This document shows, piece after piece, positions 59,717 to 64,000 of a stretch of 64,000 nt of DNA. The DNA lies in assembly GCA_965207885.1 (NCBI GenBank), contig OZ242311.1:3040001-3104000 (forward strand), read 5' to 3'. The notes beneath the pieces were generated by a model. That model did no database searches. It had not been told where the DNA came from and saw nothing but the letters and a program-made list of their open reading frames with translations. Position 1 is the first letter of the stretch; each line of letters begins with the position of its first letter. Source of the DNA: Candidatus Latescibacterota bacterium. Lineage in GTDB: Bacteria; Latescibacterota; UBA2968. A program made the translations under genes and the position numbers.

Positions 59717-60379
59717 CTAATCTATCTCAATACCCATCATGTTCAATTGCCCGCGTGCAAATCTCGTGACAGACGACTCATTGTATTCTTTGACGATCTT
59801 TTGATACGCCTCACTCGCTTGCTGGGGCATTTTGCCGAGTTCGTAACATCTGCCGGCTTCCTTCAGGGCTATCGGTGCAAAAGGCGATCCGGGTTGCGCT
59901 TCGGCAAAAGCTGTGAACTGTTGACCTGCTTCGGCGAATTCTCCTTCGCTTTCAAGACAGGACGCCAAACCCGACCAGGCACCATACCCCAATGGTCCAT
60001 CTACTGGGTATTCATCCAGATATTGCTGAAAATATGTGCGGGCCTCTGGAATGCGACCTTCTTCATAATGCAAATTGGCCAGAGCCATCAGTGCTTCGCC
60101 CGCTTCGGCTTCGCCTGCGTAGGTTTCCATTACTTCTTGAGATGAGGCAATCGCATCTTCTACGCGCCCTTCATAAAGTGCGATATAAACGTCTCCGAGA
60201 GCTATGCGAGCCGCGTCTGCGCGTTGTGTTTGTCCGCGATAAAAAAACAGGACAATCAACGCGGCGACAATGGCAATGCCAAATCCCGTGAGGATTCTGA
60301 TATAATTTGCTTCAATCTGGCCCCAGACCCTGAGAAACCAGACCAGTATGTCTTCTTGTTGCGGCTGTGGTTGCTGCAT
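59717..60379 (-). CDS. Membrane-anchored tetratricopeptide repeat protein (YfgM-like)
   Basis: Single N-terminal TM helix followed by TPR-like helices (ALMALANLHYEEG, ALKEAGRCYE). Confidence 0.8.
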   Translation of the reverse strand: MQQPQPQQEDILVWFLRVWGQIEANYIRILTGFGIAIVAALIVLFFYRGQTQRADAARIALGDVYIALYEGRVEDAIASSQEVMETYAGEAEAGEALMALANLHYEEGRIPEARTYFQQYLDEYPVDGPLGYGAWSGLASCLESEGEFAEAGQQFTAFAEAQPGSPFAPIALKEAGRCYELGKMPQQASEAYQKIVKEYNESSVTRFARGQLNMMGIEID

Positions 60380-60468
60380 AGAGGTTCTCCTCCCCTACCC
60401 TGTTATGAGATATTAAAGTGATAAGGTGAACAAGGTATATAAATCGCGCAATTTGGGCAAGAGAAAGA

Positions 60469-60497
60469 AAAAAACCGTTCTATAAGAGCGGTTTTTT
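60469..60497 (-). terminator. Terminator after the ABC permease gene
   Basis: AAAAAACCGTTCT / AGAGCGGTTTTTT. Confidence 0.7.
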
Positions 60498-60504
60498 GGA
60501 GTAA

Positions 60505-61239
60505 TCACAGTAGTTTTTCGCGCTCTATCATTCGTCTCAGAGCCAGAAAAATAAACAATATGCCCAGAATCGCAATGCCCGCACGGTTTAAGACCACGCG
60601 ATTTATCCACAGGCTGGTATCTAAATCTGAAGGCGGATCAAATGGCTTGAGAAAAAGGTAATACGATGTCTCTTCAAATATCTCCGTAGAAAGCAAAATC
60701 GCAATCAAAAGTCCCACGGCGAGCATGCCAGCCGCATTGCCACTGCGGAACAAAACAGAAAACAAAAATGTGGCTCCCACCATAAAGAAGGCGGGGATAC
60801 ATGCATTCAATCCGCCTAGAAGGTAGGGGAATTCCGCAAAAAAATAGTAGGAAATCGTGCTCATTGCCATCAGCGTGATAAATAGTGCAGCACTGATCGA
60901 CACAATTCTCACGGCCCACGTCGCGTAGTGGCTGACCGCCGTGCTGAAAAGAATTTCAAGCGTATCATTATCCCGCTCCCCCGACACCAGATCCATCGTC
61001 AGGTAAATCGCAAGCACCGTGCCCGGTACTTCAACCAATACATGGAGGGCTTGTTCGACTGAAAGCCCTTCACCCGGACGCCAGATTGCAATCGCGTACA
61101 AAATTGCGTAATACGCGACAATCCCGCCAAACATAAAAATCATTTTGCGGTGAAACACGATTCTCATGCTCAGGCTGTGCAATTTGCCTACGAAAAAGAG
61201 CAACTCACGCCATGTTAGACTGTTTGTATTCATCGCCAT
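60505..61239 (-). CDS. ABC-2-type transporter permease
   Basis: About six TM helices; ERDNDTLEILFST (ABC-2 E...TLE.L motif); overlaps the end of the RND-ABC gene; start approximate. Confidence 0.75.
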   Translation of the reverse strand: MAMNTNSLTWRELLFFVGKLHSLSMRIVFHRKMIFMFGGIVAYYAILYAIAIWRPGEGLSVEQALHVLVEVPGTVLAIYLTMDLVSGERDNDTLEILFSTAVSHYATWAVRIVSISAALFITLMAMSTISYYFFAEFPYLLGGLNACIPAFFMVGATFLFSVLFRSGNAAGMLAVGLLIAILLSTEIFEETSYYLFLKPFDPPSDLDTSLWINRVVLNRAGIAILGILFIFLALRRMIEREKLL

Positions 61240-64000
61240 GTCGCAAAAGATAAAGGTACGCATCTTCGAGGGTGGGCGCAACAGCACGCGCTTCTGGGAT
61301 GGGATCAGTAGCGAGGAATCGCACCCGAATCCCGTCGGGCACGCGCACATGTGTAATCATATCCAGGTCGCGTTCCAGCGCTTCAAAACGCGGATCTGGC
61401 AGCAGAGCCTCCCACACCTTATCGCGCGCCAAATCGCGCATCTCAATCGGGGTTCCCGTATAAAGCAACTTGCCGTGATTCAGCACGGCCAATCGGTTGC
61501 AACTACCCGAAATATCTTCGACAATATGCGTAGAAAAAATAATGATTTTTTCCTGGCTAAATCGCGCCAGCAGATTTCTGAACCGGATACGCTCGAGTGG
61601 GTCCAATCCCGCTGTCGGCTCATCCACCACAATAATCTGCGGCAAGTGCAACAGGGTTTGTGCAATGCCCACGCGCTGTTTCATACCGCCGGAGAACGAC
61701 CCAATCAGATCGTCTCGCCTATCCCACAGATTGACCTGCTCCAGACATTCCTGAACGCGCTTGCGTCGTGCTACCCCATCCTTAAATCCCTCTAAAAGCG
61801 CGCGATACTCCAGATAATTATACGCAGACATGTGCAGGTACAGGCCAAAGTGCTGCGGCAAATATCCAATGACCCCCTGCATATTCCGATGTGTAAGTGG
61901 TATTTTACCATTTGCGAGTACCGACCCGTAATTTGACGACAAAACCCGACACACAATCCGCATCAGCGTGGTCTTGCCCGCGCCATTGGGCCCCAAAAGC
62001 CCAAACATCCCGCGCGGAATATCGAGACTCACACCGCCGAGAGCCTGGAATTGCGGGCGCGGAACACCAATCAGGGGTATGGCTGCAGCGCCGCGGTACA
62101 CGATGCCCTTAACAGGACCTAATTTGCCCGGTATATGCTCGGGATCAACGCGACCATTTGCTACGCGATTTGCCAAAAATCCGATGATGCGATAGAGCAA
62201 GTAGATTGCAGAAGTGGCGATGGTCAAAGATATAAGTTCCAAACGCCAATGGATAAAGGCGATAAAGACCAGCGGCAAAATCAATCGGACGATTTGTGAT
62301 ATCCATCTGTTCTCAATCTGAAAATCGCGCAAAGCCGCCGCGCATAGCACGAGGTGATGTATGAGGCCCCATATAGCAAGCCCCGCCAAAAATATCCAGG
62401 CTCCCTGTTCAAAATAGGTTTCCAAGTAAATCAAAAGTGCCAGAAGTGGTAACTTCCACCACAAACTGTCCCTGATCGCCTTTTTATCTACCAATACCTG
62501 CCCGCGCTCTAAAAGGCGCTGATGACGCCGCTTAAAGCGATCCCATTCATGCTTAAATCGCCCCGGCGCACCGTAAATTTTTGTCAGATTGCGAATTTCG
62601 AGATGCTCAATATTGCCGATCTCAGCAAGAGAAGCCATACGCGCGCGATAAATGCGTTGCACTATCCAGATCACACCCATACACAACATCCACGCTGGCA
62701 ATGCCAAAAGATAGGTCCAGAACAAACTCTGGTAATAATCGTCAACCCAATACGTCAATCCCGCGGCTGCTGTTGTTCCCAATACGATCCCGAACCAGCC
62801 AATATCCGTAAGCCAGGCTTTGGTCTGGTCAATTCCCATGTACACCACGGGAATAAATACGAGGGTGGAAACTGTTGAAACCGCCAGCCCTCCGATTACC
62901 ACAATCGCAAAGGGTGGCCAAATTTCGTAATCGCCGCCAAATATGAGTGCCAGAGGCAACATGCCCAAAATGGTGGTTGCCGAAGTCATTAATACAGGAC
63001 GCACGCGCGACCGGCTCGCCGTGAGCACCGCGCGTTCTCGCCTGAACCCACGGCGGCGAAGGGTTTCAATCGCATCAATCAGCACGATCCCATTGTTGAC
63101 GGCAATACCGCTCAAAACAATAAGCCCCAACAGTGCCATTGGCGCTTCTTGTGAGGTCAATCCCGTCCCCGATAAGATCAGTGCCCAGCACGATCCAATA
63201 ATTGCTGCGGGCAACGTGCACAAAATAATCACAGGCGCAGAAAGCGATTCAAACAAAGAGGCCAAAATCATAAAAATCAATAGAGCGGCAATGCCCATCA
63301 TCCAGTAATAAATTGTCTCTTCCTCTGCCTCAATCATTTCGATACTATACCCTTCGGGCAGCACCATTTCAGAGACCACAGCTTGCACATAAGCGCGGGA
63401 GGCTTCCAGCAGAGGTTGAGACTGCAAAATTTCTTCGGCAAAGCGGTACGAGACAATCACGCGCCGCGATTGATCGGTGCGCAAAATCATGCTCCTGCCC
63501 TGATCCCGGCGCACATGCGAAACTTCTACAAGGGGGATATAAGTCCCCCCCGTACCCAGAATCGGCGTCTGTCTCAATCCCGCAATACCCTCCCCCTCTT
63601 CTTCCGGGTCTTCGACATTGCGAACATCAATCGGGATTTCAGTGCCTTCGGGTGTGAGAAATGAAATATTGGATCGCGCACCGCGCGGATTGGCGTCGGA
63701 TACGGCATTGAGCACCTGGCGCACCTGCAATCGCCGATCAAACATTATTTCTTCATCGGGCAAAACATGCACTTCAGATGCGCCGCGTTCTGCATCGGCT
63801 CTTACGCTATTCGGATCGATTTCCTCCAATTCTTCGAGGCGATAGACCAGATCGTCGGCAAGCATTTGAAGCACCGTAAAATCATAGCCGCGAATGACAG
63901 CCATTTCCGAAGGCGCGCCACCTTCCAGATTGAATCCGCCCGAGGCCTGACGGGTGCCCCGAATACCGCCTCCCCCGCCTCCCCCTCGGCCCCCACCACC
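61205..64000 (-). CDS. RND efflux permease (AcrB-type C-terminal half) fused to an ABC ATPase; 5' end lies beyond the window
   Basis: The frame is open from 64000 (GGGGRGGG...SEM). RND motifs ASLFES, GIAVNNGIVLID, RVRPVLMTS.TTILGMLPLA and IGGLAVST..TL.FIPVVY are followed by ABC motifs GPNGAGKT, FSGGMKQR, IIVVDEPTAGLDP, FSTH and PTLEDAYL. Confidence 0.9.
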   Translation of the reverse strand, partial: GGGGRGGGGGGGIRGTRQASGGFNLEGGAPSEMAVIRGYDFTVLQMLADDLVYRLEELEEIDPNSVRADAERGASEVHVLPDEEIMFDRRLQVRQVLNAVSDANPRGARSNISFLTPEGTEIPIDVRNVEDPEEEGEGIAGLRQTPILGTGGTYIPLVEVSHVRRDQGRSMILRTDQSRRVIVSYRFAEEILQSQPLLEASRAYVQAVVSEMVLPEGYSIEMIEAEEETIYYWMMGIAALLIFMILASLFESLSAPVIILCTLPAAIIGSCWALILSGTGLTSQEAPMALLGLIVLSGIAVNNGIVLIDAIETLRRRGFRRERAVLTASRSRVRPVLMTSATTILGMLPLALIFGGDYEIWPPFAIVVIGGLAVSTVSTLVFIPVVYMGIDQTKAWLTDIGWFGIVLGTTAAAGLTYWVDDYYQSLFWTYLLALPAWMLCMGVIWIVQRIYRARMASLAEIGNIEHLEIRNLTKIYGAPGRFKHEWDRFKRRHQRLLERGQVLVDKKAIRDSLWWKLPLLALLIYLETYFEQGAWIFLAGLAIWGLIHHLVLCAAALRDFQIENRWISQIVRLILPLVFIAFIHWRLELISLTIATSAIYLLYRIIGFLANRVANGRVDPEHIPGKLGPVKGIVYRGAAAIPLIGVPRPQFQALGGVSLDIPRGMFGLLGPNGAGKTTLMRIVCRVLSSNYGSVLANGKIPLTHRNMQGVIGYLPQHFGLYLHMSAYNYLEYRALLEGFKDGVARRKRVQECLEQVNLWDRRDDLIGSFSGGMKQRVGIAQTLLHLPQIIVVDEPTAGLDPLERIRFRNLLARFSQEKIIIFSTHIVEDISGSCNRLAVLNHGKLLYTGTPIEMRDLARDKVWEALLPDPRFEALERDLDMITHVRVPDGIRVRFLATDPIPEARAVAPTLEDAYLYLLRHGDEYKQSNMA

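Noticed and set aside
13832-60611. oriC from DnaA boxes at 13832 (TGTGGATAA) and 60603 (TTATCCACA)
   Set aside because: They are isolated, inside genes and not clustered. The direction of the skew change indicates a terminus, not an origin.
1-64000. CRISPR array, rRNA, transposase, integrase or prophage
   Set aside because: No repeat-spacer periodicity, rRNA-like sequence, or recombinase, transposase or phage structural motifs were seen.

Overview
64 kb of bacterial chromosome of moderate GC with a few AT-rich patches. Gene content suggests an FCB-group lineage such as Latescibacterota or a similar sponge/marine symbiont (inference): a sulfatase, a heparinase II/III protein, five Gfo/Idh/MocA oxidoreductases, a DUF6785-type membrane protein, an internalin-like LRR lipoprotein and asnS. 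Housekeeping blocks are sbcD-sbcC-alr; purB-rmlC-purL; rbsK; bamD-nadD-zapA; DUF512-der-MerR/ZapT-like; rimP-nusA-infB-ylxP-rbfA-truB-ribF-rpsO-pnp-asnS-leuS; gcvT; and tRNA-Pro(TGG). Three things stand out. (1) A XerCD dif site at 59521-59548, where strand composition appears to flip, so the window probably contains the replication terminus. Next to it is an AT-rich gene for an HTH plus coiled-coil protein whose promoter carries phased direct repeats. (2) At the right edge, an RND permease is fused in frame to an ABC ATPase whose nucleotide-binding domain is interrupted by a transmembrane insertion, and an ABC-2-type permease follows. (3) A defence/toxin-antitoxin islet at 18.5-21.9 kb in which three of four TA toxins look deleted or missing while the antitoxins remain, around a standalone HEPN gene. 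Family assignments come from motif recognition by eye; no database searches were run.
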